Source: Escherichia phage MLF4
Sequence record: NC_055780.1
Direction: 5' to 3' (one strand)
Length of the DNA stretch: 64,000 bases
How positions within the stretch are numbered: the first letter of the stretch is position 1; the number at the start of each line of letters is the position of its first letter. This document shows, one piece after another, positions 18,494 to 26,676 of the stretch. A program made the position numbers and the translations under genes. Below the pieces are notes generated by a model. It was not told the origin of the DNA. It worked only from the letters and a program-made list of their open reading frames with translations, and did no database searches.

Positions 18494-19696
18494 ATGAAAG
18501 TATGTATTTTTATGGCTCGAGGTCTTGAAGGTTGTGGTGTAACTAAATTTTCTCTTGAGCAACGTGATTGGTTTATTAAAAATGGTCATGAAGTAACTTT
18601 GGTTTATGCTAAAGATAAATCATTTACTCGTAATTGTGCGCATGATTATAAATCATTTTCAATTCCGGTTTTATTGGCAAAAGAATACGATAAAACACTT
18701 AAGCTGGTAAATGATTGTGATATTCTAATTATCAATTCAGTTCCTGCTACTTCGGTTGAAGAAGACACTATTAATAACTATAAAAAAATTATTGATAACA
18801 TTAAACCTTCTGTTCGTGTTGTAGTTTATCAACATGACCATTCTTCTCTTTCTTTGCGCCGAAATTTGGGATTAGAAGAAACTGTTCGTCGAGCTGATGT
18901 CATTTTTAGCCATTCTGATAATGGTGATTTTAATAAAGTTCTGATGAAAGAATGGTATCCAGAAACTGTTTCTCTGTTTGATGATATTGAAGAAGCACCG
19001 ACAGTATATAACTTTCAGCCTCCTATGGATATTGCGAAGGTTCGGTCAACCTACTGGAAAGATGTTTCTGAAATTAACATGAATATCAACCGTTGGATTG
19101 GTCGCACGACTACATGGAAAGGTTTTTATCAGATGTTTGATTTTCATGAAAAACATCTTAAACCTGCAGGACTAAGTACTATTATGGAAGGTCTGGAACG
19201 TTCTCCAGCGTTCATTCCTATTAAAGAAAAAGGAATTCCATACGAGTATTATCGTCTTCATCAAGTAGACCAAATTAAAATTGCTCCTAATTTGCCAACG
19301 CAAATTCTTGACCGTTATGTAAATAGCGAAATGCTTGAACGCATGAGTAAATCCGGTTTTGGTTATCAGTTGAGTAAGTTGGATAAAAAATATCTACAAC
19401 GTTCTTTAGAATATACTCATCTCGAGCTTGGTGCATGTGGAACAATTCCGGTATTTTGGAAATCTACTGGCGAAAATTTAAAATTCCGTGTTGATAATAC
19501 TCCATTAATTTCTCATGATAGCGGTATCGTTTGGTTTGATGAAAATGACATGGAATCAACATTTGAACGTATTAAAGAACTGTCATCTGACCGAACTCTT
19601 TATGACCGTGAACGCGAAAAAGCTTATGAATTTTTGTATCAGCATCAAGATTCAAGCTTCTGCTTTAAAGAACAGTTTGACATTATTACAAAATAA
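18494..19696 (+). CDS. a-gt: DNA alpha-glucosyltransferase
   Basis: 400-aa product M.ICIFMARGLEGCGVTKFSLEQRDWFIKNGHEV... recognised as T4 alpha-gt. Confidence 0.9.
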   Translation: MKVCIFMARGLEGCGVTKFSLEQRDWFIKNGHEVTLVYAKDKSFTRNCAHDYKSFSIPVLLAKEYDKTLKLVNDCDILIINSVPATSVEEDTINNYKKIIDNIKPSVRVVVYQHDHSSLSLRRNLGLEETVRRADVIFSHSDNGDFNKVLMKEWYPETVSLFDDIEEAPTVYNFQPPMDIAKVRSTYWKDVSEINMNINRWIGRTTTWKGFYQMFDFHEKHLKPAGLSTIMEGLERSPAFIPIKEKGIPYEYYRLHQVDQIKIAPNLPTQILDRYVNSEMLERMSKSGFGYQLSKLDKKYLQRSLEYTHLELGACGTIPVFWKSTGENLKFRVDNTPLISHDSGIVWFDENDMESTFERIKELSSDRTLYDREREKAYEFLYQHQDSSFCFKEQFDIITK

Positions 19697-19697
19697 A

Positions 19698-19712
19698 GGG
19701 CTTCGGCCCTTT
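19698..19712 (+). terminator. intrinsic terminator (GGGCTTCGGCCC + TTT)
   Basis: UUCG-tetraloop hairpin directly after a-gt stop. Confidence 0.65.
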
Positions 19713-19737
19713 AGCTTTATACGGAGTTTGATATAAT
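19711..19737 (+). promoter_or_regulatory. T4-type middle promoter (MotA box TAGCTTTA + TATAAT)
   Basis: AGCTTTA, 12 bp, TATAAT; cassette nearly identical to the one at 50236. Confidence 0.5.
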
Positions 19738-19876
19738 GATATTTCTTGGATATGTGATACTTTTTCTCGCGTTTTATCTTTTCACTAGAGCGTGTTGGGT
19801 TGGATTCTTTAGCACACCAGATGGGTTTATTTCAATAATTTTATTTTGCATTTCAATGACGGTTCTTGATATATGA
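19736..19876 (+). CDS. hypothetical small membrane protein (46 aa)
   Basis: Hydrophobic ORF between promoter and gene 47; stop overlaps gene 47 start (ATGA); below track size cut-off. Confidence 0.3.
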   Translation: MIFLGYVILFLAFYLFTRACWVGFFSTPDGFISIILFCISMTVLDI

Positions 19877-20892
19877 AAATTTTAAATTTAGGTGATTGGC
19901 ATTTAGGCGTTAAAGCCGATGATGAGTGGGTTCAATCCATTCAGTTAGATGGAATTAAACAAGCAATAGAATATTCTAAGAAAAATGGAATTACTACCTG
20001 GATTCAATACGGCGATATTTTTGATGTGCGAAAAGCAATCACGCATAAAACTATGGAGTTCGCTCGTGAAATAGTTCAAATGCTTGATGATGCCGGTATT
20101 ACCCTACATACTGTTGTAGGAAACCATGATATGCACTTTAAAAATACTTTAACCCCAAATGCCTCTACTGAGCTTTTGGCTAAATATCCTAATGTTAAAG
20201 TGTATGATAAGCCTACTACAGTAGATTTTGACGGATGTTTGATTGATTTAATTCCTTGGATGTGTGAAGAAAATACTGGTGAAATTCTTGAGCATATCAA
20301 AACTTCATCTGCTTCTTTTTGTGTTGGTCACTGGGAACTGAACGGATTTTATTTTTATAAAGGAATGAAATCTCATGGTCTTGAACCTGATTTCCTTAAG
20401 ACTTATAAAGAAGTGTGGTCTGGTCACTTCCATACTATCTCTGAGGCTGCTAACGTCAGATATATTGGGACACCATGGACACTAACTGCAGGTGACGAGA
20501 ATGACCCTCGTGGGTTCTGGATGTTTGATACAGAAACAGAACGAATGGAATTTATTCCAAACAATACTACCTGGCATCGTAGAATTCATTATCCATTTAA
20601 AGGAAAAATTGACTATAAAGATTTTACAAATCTATCAGTACGTGTTATAGTAACTGAAGTAGACAAAAATCTGACGAAGTTCGAATCTGAACTAGAAAAA
20701 GTTGTGCATTCATTACGAGTTGTGTCAAAGATTGATAACTCTGTCGAGTCAGATGATAGTGAAGAAGTTGAAGTTCAATCTCTTCAGACATTGATGGAAG
20801 AATACATTAATGCAATTCCAGACATCACTGATTCTGATCGCGAAGCACTTATTCAATATGCAAATCAGTTATATGTAGAGGCAACACAATGA
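19873..20892 (+). CDS. 47: recombination nuclease subunit gp47 (Mre11-like)
   Basis: 339 codons; phosphoesterase motifs GDWHLG, GDIFD, GNHD; recognised as T4 gp47. Confidence 0.9.
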   Translation: MKILNLGDWHLGVKADDEWVQSIQLDGIKQAIEYSKKNGITTWIQYGDIFDVRKAITHKTMEFAREIVQMLDDAGITLHTVVGNHDMHFKNTLTPNASTELLAKYPNVKVYDKPTTVDFDGCLIDLIPWMCEENTGEILEHIKTSSASFCVGHWELNGFYFYKGMKSHGLEPDFLKTYKEVWSGHFHTISEAANVRYIGTPWTLTAGDENDPRGFWMFDTETERMEFIPNNTTWHRRIHYPFKGKIDYKDFTNLSVRVIVTEVDKNLTKFESELEKVVHSLRVVSKIDNSVESDDSEEVEVQSLQTLMEEYINAIPDITDSDREALIQYANQLYVEATQ

Positions 20893-21152
20893 CTTTTGAT
20901 GAATTTAAAAATGTTATGATGAGTCAGCATTTTGAATGCGAAGTAAAAGATGATATTGGGCATAAAGAAATTATTGAATATTGGTTTGAACCGTTAGAGG
21001 TTGAAGATAATTGTATTAAAAAGGTTACAGTCTGCACTGACTGGGCTGTATCTTTTAACTTCAACATTTTAGATAATGACACACCTAAATCATTACGAGA
21101 TATGGCTGTATCTTGTATTAAGGATGCATACTGTGAAGTTTTCGACATTTGA
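20889..21152 (+). CDS. hypothetical protein (87 aa)
   Basis: ORF between genes 47 and 46. Confidence 0.4.
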   Translation: MTFDEFKNVMMSQHFECEVKDDIGHKEIIEYWFEPLEVEDNCIKKVTVCTDWAVSFNFNILDNDTPKSLRDMAVSCIKDAYCEVFDI

Positions 21153-21339
21153 CATTAATGATGAATTCATAGCAAACATTGATTATACCGAAGAAGATTC
21201 TAGATATGTTGGAATAATTTATATCACATCAAAAGCAGCACAAGGCGTTGTTTGCATGGCTGAATTTGATGAATACTTTTTAGATTATGATGATATGATA
21301 GAATGGTCTAAAAGATACATTAAAAGGAATCTTTTGTGA
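21076..21339 (+). CDS. hypothetical protein, start uncertain
   Basis: ORF overlapping the previous by 77 nt; real start probably an internal ATG. Confidence 0.3.
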   Translation: MTHLNHYEIWLYLVLRMHTVKFSTFDINDEFIANIDYTEEDSRYVGIIYITSKAAQGVVCMAEFDEYFLDYDDMIEWSKRYIKRNLL

Positions 21340-23018
21340 AGAATTTTAAACTAAACCGAGTTAGGTATCAAAATATAATGTCAGTAGGTGGAAATCCTAT
21401 TGACATTCAATTAGATAAGGTTCAAAAAACTCTTATTACTGGACGAAATGGCGGTGGTAAGTCTACTATGTTAGAAGCCATCACATTTGGGCTTTTTGGC
21501 AAGCCATTTCGTGATGTAAAGAAAGGTCAATTAATAAACAGCACAAATAAGAAAGAACTTTTAGTTGAACTGTGGATGGAATATGATGAGAAAAAGTACT
21601 ATATCAAAAGAGGACAAAAACCAAACGTTTTCGAAATCACCGTTAACGGTACACGTCTTAATGAATCTGCCAGCAGTAAAGATTTCCAAGCAGAATTTGA
21701 ACAGCTTATCGGAATGTCATATGCCAGTTTCAAGCAGATTGTTGTCCTTGGTACAGCAGGGTATACCCCTTTCATGGGTTTGTCGACCCCTGCGCGAAGA
21801 AAGCTTGTGGAAGACCTGCTTGAGGTAGGAACATTAGCTGAAATGGATAAGCTTAATAAAGCACTAATACGTGAATTAAATTCACAAAACCAAGTGCTTG
21901 ATGTTAAAAAAGATAGTATTATCCAACAAATTAAAATATATAATGATAACGTTGAACGCCAGAAAAAATTAACGGGTGACAACCTTACTCGTCTTCAAAA
22001 TATGTATGATGATTTGGCAAAAGAAGCTAGAACGCTAAAATCGGAAATAGAAGAAGCTAATGAAAGATTAGTTAATATTGTTTTAGATGAAGACCCGACT
22101 GATGCATTTAATAAAATCGGTCAAGAAGCAGTTTTAATTAAATCAAAAATTGACTCGTATAATAAAGTCATTAATATGTATCACGAAGGTGGATTATGCC
22201 CAACCTGCTTGTCACAATTAAGTTCAGGTGATAAAGTTGTTTCTAAAATTAAAGATAAAGTTTCTGAATGTACGCATTCGTTTGAACAGCTTTCAACACA
22301 TCGTGATAATTTAAAAGTTCTTGTTGATGAATACCGAGATAATATTAAAACCCAGCAGTCGTTGGCAAATGATATTCGCAATAAAAAGCAATCTCTGATC
22401 GCAGCAGTAGATAAAGCTAAAAAGGTTAAAGCGGCTATAGAAAAAGCATCTTCTGAGTTTATTGACCATGCTGATGAAATAGCACTGCTTCAAGAAGAAC
22501 TTGATAAAATTGTTAAGACAAAAACTAATTTAGTAATGGAAAAATACCACCGAGGAATTTTGACTGATATGCTCAAAGATTCTGGTATTAAAGGTGCTAT
22601 TATTAAAAAGTACATTCCATTATTTAATAAGCAGATTAACCATTATCTTAAAATAATGGAAGCGGATTATGTGTTTACATTAGATGAAGAATTTAATGAG
22701 ACAATTAAATCCCGTGGTCGTGAAGATTTTAGTTATGCTTCATTTAGTGAAGGTGAAAAGGCACGAATTGATATTGCTCTTTTATTTACTTGGCGTGATA
22801 TTGCTTCTATCGTATCTGGTGTTAGTATTAGTACATTAATTCTTGATGAAGTGTTTGATGGGTCATTTGATGCCGAAGGTATTAAAGGTGTAGCTAATAT
22901 TATAAATTCAATGAAAAACACTAATGTTTTTATAATTTCGCATAAAGACCATGACCCGCAAGCATACGGTCAGCATCTTCAAATGAAGAAAGTTGGTCGA
23001 TTTACTGTAATGGTTTAA
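21336..23018 (+). CDS. 46: recombination nuclease subunit gp46 (Rad50/SbcC-like ATPase)
   Basis: 560 codons, GTG start; Walker A GRNGGGKST, coiled-coil middle with CPTC zinc hook, C-terminal Walker B; recognised as T4 gp46. Confidence 0.9.
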   Translation: MKNFKLNRVRYQNIMSVGGNPIDIQLDKVQKTLITGRNGGGKSTMLEAITFGLFGKPFRDVKKGQLINSTNKKELLVELWMEYDEKKYYIKRGQKPNVFEITVNGTRLNESASSKDFQAEFEQLIGMSYASFKQIVVLGTAGYTPFMGLSTPARRKLVEDLLEVGTLAEMDKLNKALIRELNSQNQVLDVKKDSIIQQIKIYNDNVERQKKLTGDNLTRLQNMYDDLAKEARTLKSEIEEANERLVNIVLDEDPTDAFNKIGQEAVLIKSKIDSYNKVINMYHEGGLCPTCLSQLSSGDKVVSKIKDKVSECTHSFEQLSTHRDNLKVLVDEYRDNIKTQQSLANDIRNKKQSLIAAVDKAKKVKAAIEKASSEFIDHADEIALLQEELDKIVKTKTNLVMEKYHRGILTDMLKDSGIKGAIIKKYIPLFNKQINHYLKIMEADYVFTLDEEFNETIKSRGREDFSYASFSEGEKARIDIALLFTWRDIASIVSGVSISTLILDEVFDGSFDAEGIKGVANIINSMKNTNVFIISHKDHDPQAYGQHLQMKKVGRFTVMV

Positions 23019-23073
23019 TTTATAAGAGATTATGCTTTAATTTATTAGAGTATAATCTCTATGGAGGAAAAAC

Positions 23074-23262
23074 ATGGAATATTCAACTGGACAGCATCTA
23101 TTAACTATTCCTGAAATAAAACGATATATTCTGAGAAATAATTTTTCTAATGAAGAGCATATAGTTACTGAATCTATGCTTAGGAATGCATTTAAAGCAG
23201 AATATACAAAAATAATGTCCAATAGAAATGAAGCTTGGACTGTTACTGATTATTATGACTAA
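23074..23262 (+). CDS. hypothetical protein (62 aa)
   Basis: SD GGAGGAAAAACATG. Confidence 0.4.
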   Translation: MEYSTGQHLLTIPEIKRYILRNNFSNEEHIVTESMLRNAFKAEYTKIMSNRNEAWTVTDYYD

Positions 23263-23271
23263 AGGTGTATT

Positions 23272-23661
23272 ATGACTAAAATTACTGTGAATTATACTGT
23301 TGATGTAAAAGATATTCAGCCAAAACACGTGCGTTCTGACTCAAATCCGCAAAACCAAAATAAAATTCGTCGCGCATGGGTTTTGTCTCTTTCTGATAAC
23401 GCAATGGAAGTTATTCAGAACAAAATTAAATCTGCACCTGCTCGTCATGCATATTATGAAGCTATCGATCGTGAAGTAAGTAATAAATGGATTGAACTAA
23501 TGCGCAAACATACGACAGAATCTCTAAATGCTGGTGCTAAATTTATTATGACTTCATGCGGTGAACGCCTTGAAGATGATTATTGCGGTAATGCAGATGA
23601 ACGTCTAATTGTTGCTGCTCAAATTGTTGCGGAAACAATTGCTGCTGATTTTAATCGTTAA
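23272..23661 (+). CDS. rpbA: RNA polymerase-binding protein RpbA
   Basis: 129 codons at the conserved position between 46 and 45; matches my recollection of T4 RpbA. Confidence 0.8.
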   Translation: MTKITVNYTVDVKDIQPKHVRSDSNPQNQNKIRRAWVLSLSDNAMEVIQNKIKSAPARHAYYEAIDREVSNKWIELMRKHTTESLNAGAKFIMTSCGERLEDDYCGNADERLIVAAQIVAETIAADFNR

Positions 23662-23687
23662 TTGCTTTATTAAATTAGTTATAAAAT
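23662..23687 (+). promoter_or_regulatory. T4-type middle promoter for gene 45 (MotA box TTGCTTTA + TAAAAT)
   Basis: MotA box about 12 bp upstream of TAnnnT -10. Confidence 0.5.
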
Positions 23688-23716
23688 TAAATCTCATTTG
23701 AATTGAAGGAAATTAC

Positions 23717-24403
23717 ATGAAACTGTCTAAAGATACTACTGCTCTGCTTAAAAATTTCGCTACTATTAACTCTGGTATTATGCTTAAATCCGGTCAATTT
23801 ATTATGACTCGTGCAGTTAATGGTACAACTTATGCGGAAGCAAATATTTCTGACACTATTGATTTTGATGTAGCAATTTACGATTTGAATGGTTTTCTCG
23901 GTATTCTGTCTTTAGTTAATGATGATGCAGAAATTTCCCAGTCAGAAGATGGAAATATTAAAATTGCTGATGCCCGTTCAACAATTTTTTGGCCAGCAGC
24001 CGATCCGAGTACAGTAGTTGCTCCTAATAAACCAATTCCATTCCCAGTAGCATCTGTTGTTACTGAAATTAAAGCTGAAGACCTTCAACAGCTGTTGCGT
24101 GTATCTCGTGGTCTGCAGATTGATACAATTGCTATCACGGTAAAAGAAGGTAAAATCGTAATTAACGGTTTTAATAAAGTAGAAGATTCTGCTCTGACCC
24201 GTGTTAAATATTCTTTGACTCTTGGTGATTATGATGGTGAAAATACATTTAATTTCATTATCAATATGGCAAATATGAAAATGCAACCAGGAAATTATAA
24301 ACTTCTACTCTGGGCAAAAGGTAAACAAGGTGCTGCTAAATTTGAAGGTGAACACGCAAATTATGTAGTAGCTCTTGAAGCTGATTCTACCCACGATTTT
24401 TAA
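23717..24403 (+). CDS. 45: sliding clamp gp45
   Basis: 228-aa product MKLSKDTTALLKNFATINSGIMLKSGQFIMTRAVNGTTYAEANIS... recognised as T4 gp45. Confidence 0.92.
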   Translation: MKLSKDTTALLKNFATINSGIMLKSGQFIMTRAVNGTTYAEANISDTIDFDVAIYDLNGFLGILSLVNDDAEISQSEDGNIKIADARSTIFWPAADPSTVVAPNKPIPFPVASVVTEIKAEDLQQLLRVSRGLQIDTIAITVKEGKIVINGFNKVEDSALTRVKYSLTLGDYDGENTFNFIINMANMKMQPGNYKLLLWAKGKQGAAKFEGEHANYVVALEADSTHDF

Positions 24404-24407
24404 TAAA

Positions 24408-24423
24408 GGGCTTCGGCCCTTTA
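24408..24423 (+). terminator. intrinsic terminator (GGGCTTCGGCCC + TTT)
   Basis: UUCG hairpin after gene 45 stop. Confidence 0.6.
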
Positions 24424-24454
24424 TAATTTACACTAAAACTTGAATGAGGAAATT

Positions 24455-25414
24455 ATGATTACCGTAAATGAAAAAGAACACATTCTTGAACAGAAATATC
24501 GTCCATCTACTATCGATGAATGTATTCTTCCCGCCTTTGATAAAGAAACCTTTAAATCTATTACAAGTAAAGGTAAGATTCCACATATTATTCTTCATTC
24601 TCCTTCTCCAGGAACAGGTAAAACAACTGTAGCGAAAGCATTGTGTCATGATGTAAATGCTGATATGATGTTTGTGAATGGGTCAGATTGTAAAATTGAT
24701 TTCGTTCGTGGTCCTTTGACTAATTTTGCTAGCGCCGCTTCATTTGATGGGCGTCAAAAAGTAATCGTTATTGATGAATTTGACCGCTCAGGATTAGCAG
24801 AGTCTCAGCGACATCTTCGTTCCTTTATGGAAGCTTATAGTTCGAACTGTAGTATTATTATTACTGCTAACAATATTGATGGTATTATTAAACCGCTTCA
24901 GTCACGCTGCCGAGTTATCACATTCGGTCAACCGACCGATGAAGATAAAATTGAAATGATGAAGCAGATGATTCGTCGATTGACTGAAATCTGTAAGCAT
25001 GAAGGAATTGCTATAGCTGATATGAAAGTTGTAGCAGCTTTGGTTAAAAAGAATTTTCCTGATTTTCGTAAAACTATTGGCGAGCTCGATAGTTATTCAT
25101 CTAAAGGTGTTTTGGATGCTGGTATTTTATCACTGGTTACTAACGATCGTGGTGCTATTGATGATGTTCTTGAGTCTCTCAAAAATAAAGATGTTAAACA
25201 ACTCAGAGCTTTAGCACCAAAATATGCAGCCGATTATTCGTGGTTCGTGGGTAAACTTGCCGAAGAAATCTATTCACGTGTAACTCCACAGAGTATTATT
25301 CGTATGTACGAAATTGTCGGCGAAAATAATCAGTATCATGGTATTGCAGCTAATACTGAATTGCATCTAGTTTATCTTTTCATTCAGTTAGCATGTGAAA
25401 TGCAGTGGAAGTGA
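24455..25414 (+). CDS. 44: clamp loader large subunit gp44 (AAA+)
   Basis: 319 aa from ATG with SD GAGGAAATTATG; [17 protein letters not shown]..., Walker A GTGKTT; recognised as T4 gp44. Confidence 0.9.
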   Translation: MITVNEKEHILEQKYRPSTIDECILPAFDKETFKSITSKGKIPHIILHSPSPGTGKTTVAKALCHDVNADMMFVNGSDCKIDFVRGPLTNFASAASFDGRQKVIVIDEFDRSGLAESQRHLRSFMEAYSSNCSIIITANNIDGIIKPLQSRCRVITFGQPTDEDKIEMMKQMIRRLTEICKHEGIAIADMKVVAALVKKNFPDFRKTIGELDSYSSKGVLDAGILSLVTNDRGAIDDVLESLKNKDVKQLRALAPKYAADYSWFVGKLAEEIYSRVTPQSIIRMYEIVGENNQYHGIAANTELHLVYLFIQLACEMQWK

Positions 25415-25415
25415 T

Positions 25416-25979
25416 ATGAGCTTATTTGAAGATGATATTCAATTAAACGAGCATCAAGTTGCTTGGTATTCAAAAGATTGGACAGCTGTCCAATCCGCTG
25501 CTGATTCTTTTAAAGAAAAAGCTGAAAATGAATTTTTTGAAATAATTGGAGCTATTAATAATAAAACTAAATGCTCTATTGCTCAAAAAGATTATTCAAA
25601 ATTCATGGTTGAAAATGCATTATCACAATTTCCAGAGTGCATGCCAGCTGTATATGCTATGAATTTAATTGGATCAGGCTTAAGCGATGAAGCTCATTTT
25701 AATTATCTAATGGCTGCAGTTCCTCGTGGTAAAAGATATGGTAAATGGGCAAAACTAGTTGAAGATTCCACCGAAGTATTGATTATTAAGTTACTTGCTA
25801 AGCGGTATCAAGTTAACACAAATGATGCAATTAACTATAAATCAATTCTTACTAAAAATGGAAAACTTCCTTTAGTATTAAAAGAACTAAAAGGTTTAGT
25901 CACGGATGATTTTTTGAAAGAAGTGACTAAGAACGTAAAAGAACAGAAACAACTCAAAAAACTAGCATTGGAATGGTAA
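25416..25979 (+). CDS. 62: clamp loader small subunit gp62
   Basis: 187 aa, [14 protein letters not shown]...; start overlaps gene 44 stop. Confidence 0.85.
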   Translation: MSLFEDDIQLNEHQVAWYSKDWTAVQSAADSFKEKAENEFFEIIGAINNKTKCSIAQKDYSKFMVENALSQFPECMPAVYAMNLIGSGLSDEAHFNYLMAAVPRGKRYGKWAKLVEDSTEVLIIKLLAKRYQVNTNDAINYKSILTKNGKLPLVLKELKGLVTDDFLKEVTKNVKEQKQLKKLALEW

Positions 25980-25980
25980 A

Positions 25981-26349
25981 ATGATTGAAATTACTCTTAA
26001 AAAACCTGAAGATTTTCTGAAAGTAAAAGAAACTTTGACTCGTATGGGAATTGCTAATAATAAAGATAAAGTTCTGTATCAGTCCTGTCATATTCTTCAG
26101 AAAAAAGGACTATACTATATCGTTCATTTTAAAGAAATGCTTCGTATGGATGGCCGTCAAGTTGAAATGACAGAAGAAGATGAAGTTCGTCGTGATTCGA
26201 TTGCATGGCTGTTAGAAGATTGGGGACTAATTGAAATCGTTCCTGGACAAAGAACTTTTATGAAAGATTTAACTAATAACTTCCGAGTTATTTCTTTTAA
26301 ACAAAAGCACGAATGGAAACTCGTTCCTAAATATACGATTGGTAATTAA
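25981..26349 (+). CDS. regA: translational repressor RegA
   Basis: 122-aa product MIEITLKKPEDFLKVKETLTRMGIANNKDKVLYQSCHILQKKGLYYIVHF... recognised as T4 RegA. Confidence 0.9.
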   Translation: MIEITLKKPEDFLKVKETLTRMGIANNKDKVLYQSCHILQKKGLYYIVHFKEMLRMDGRQVEMTEEDEVRRDSIAWLLEDWGLIEIVPGQRTFMKDLTNNFRVISFKQKHEWKLVPKYTIGN

Positions 26350-26359
26350 GGTAAATTAT

Positions 26360-26596
26360 ATGACACAATCAGAGATTCAGTTTACCGAAGCTTTTCTAAT
26401 ATTCGAAAATCTAAAACAAACATATGGTCTGTCTTCTACCCAACTAGTTTTTGACCTCCCGGAAGATAAACAAATAGAATTCCAAAAAGAATTCCAACGA
26501 TTAGTTTACCCACGCCAACGCGTATTTCATGCGATTATCAAAACCACAAATAAAGATGGCAAGTCCGTTATATCGCGTCGTACAATAGAAATTTAA
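26360..26596 (+). CDS. hypothetical protein (78 aa)
   Basis: ATG with SD AAGGTAAATTATATG; track ORF 26339..26596 trimmed. Confidence 0.4.
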   Translation: MTQSEIQFTEAFLIFENLKQTYGLSSTQLVFDLPEDKQIEFQKEFQRLVYPRQRVFHAIIKTTNKDGKSVISRRTIEI

Positions 26597-26602
26597 AGCA
26601 AA

Positions 26603-26622
26603 GGGGCTTCGGCCCCTTATTT
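26603..26622 (+). terminator. intrinsic terminator (GGGGCTTCGGCCCC + TTATTT)
   Basis: UUCG hairpin; a TATAAT -10-like element follows at about 26627. Confidence 0.6.
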
Positions 26623-26676
26623 GGAGTATAATATATCAAGAGCCTAATAACTCGGGCTATAAACTAAGGAATATCT

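Noticed and set aside
21565-21828. Plus-strand 87-codon ORF inside gene 46
   Set aside because: Alternative frame embedded within the recognised 560-codon gp46 ORF; no independent start signals.
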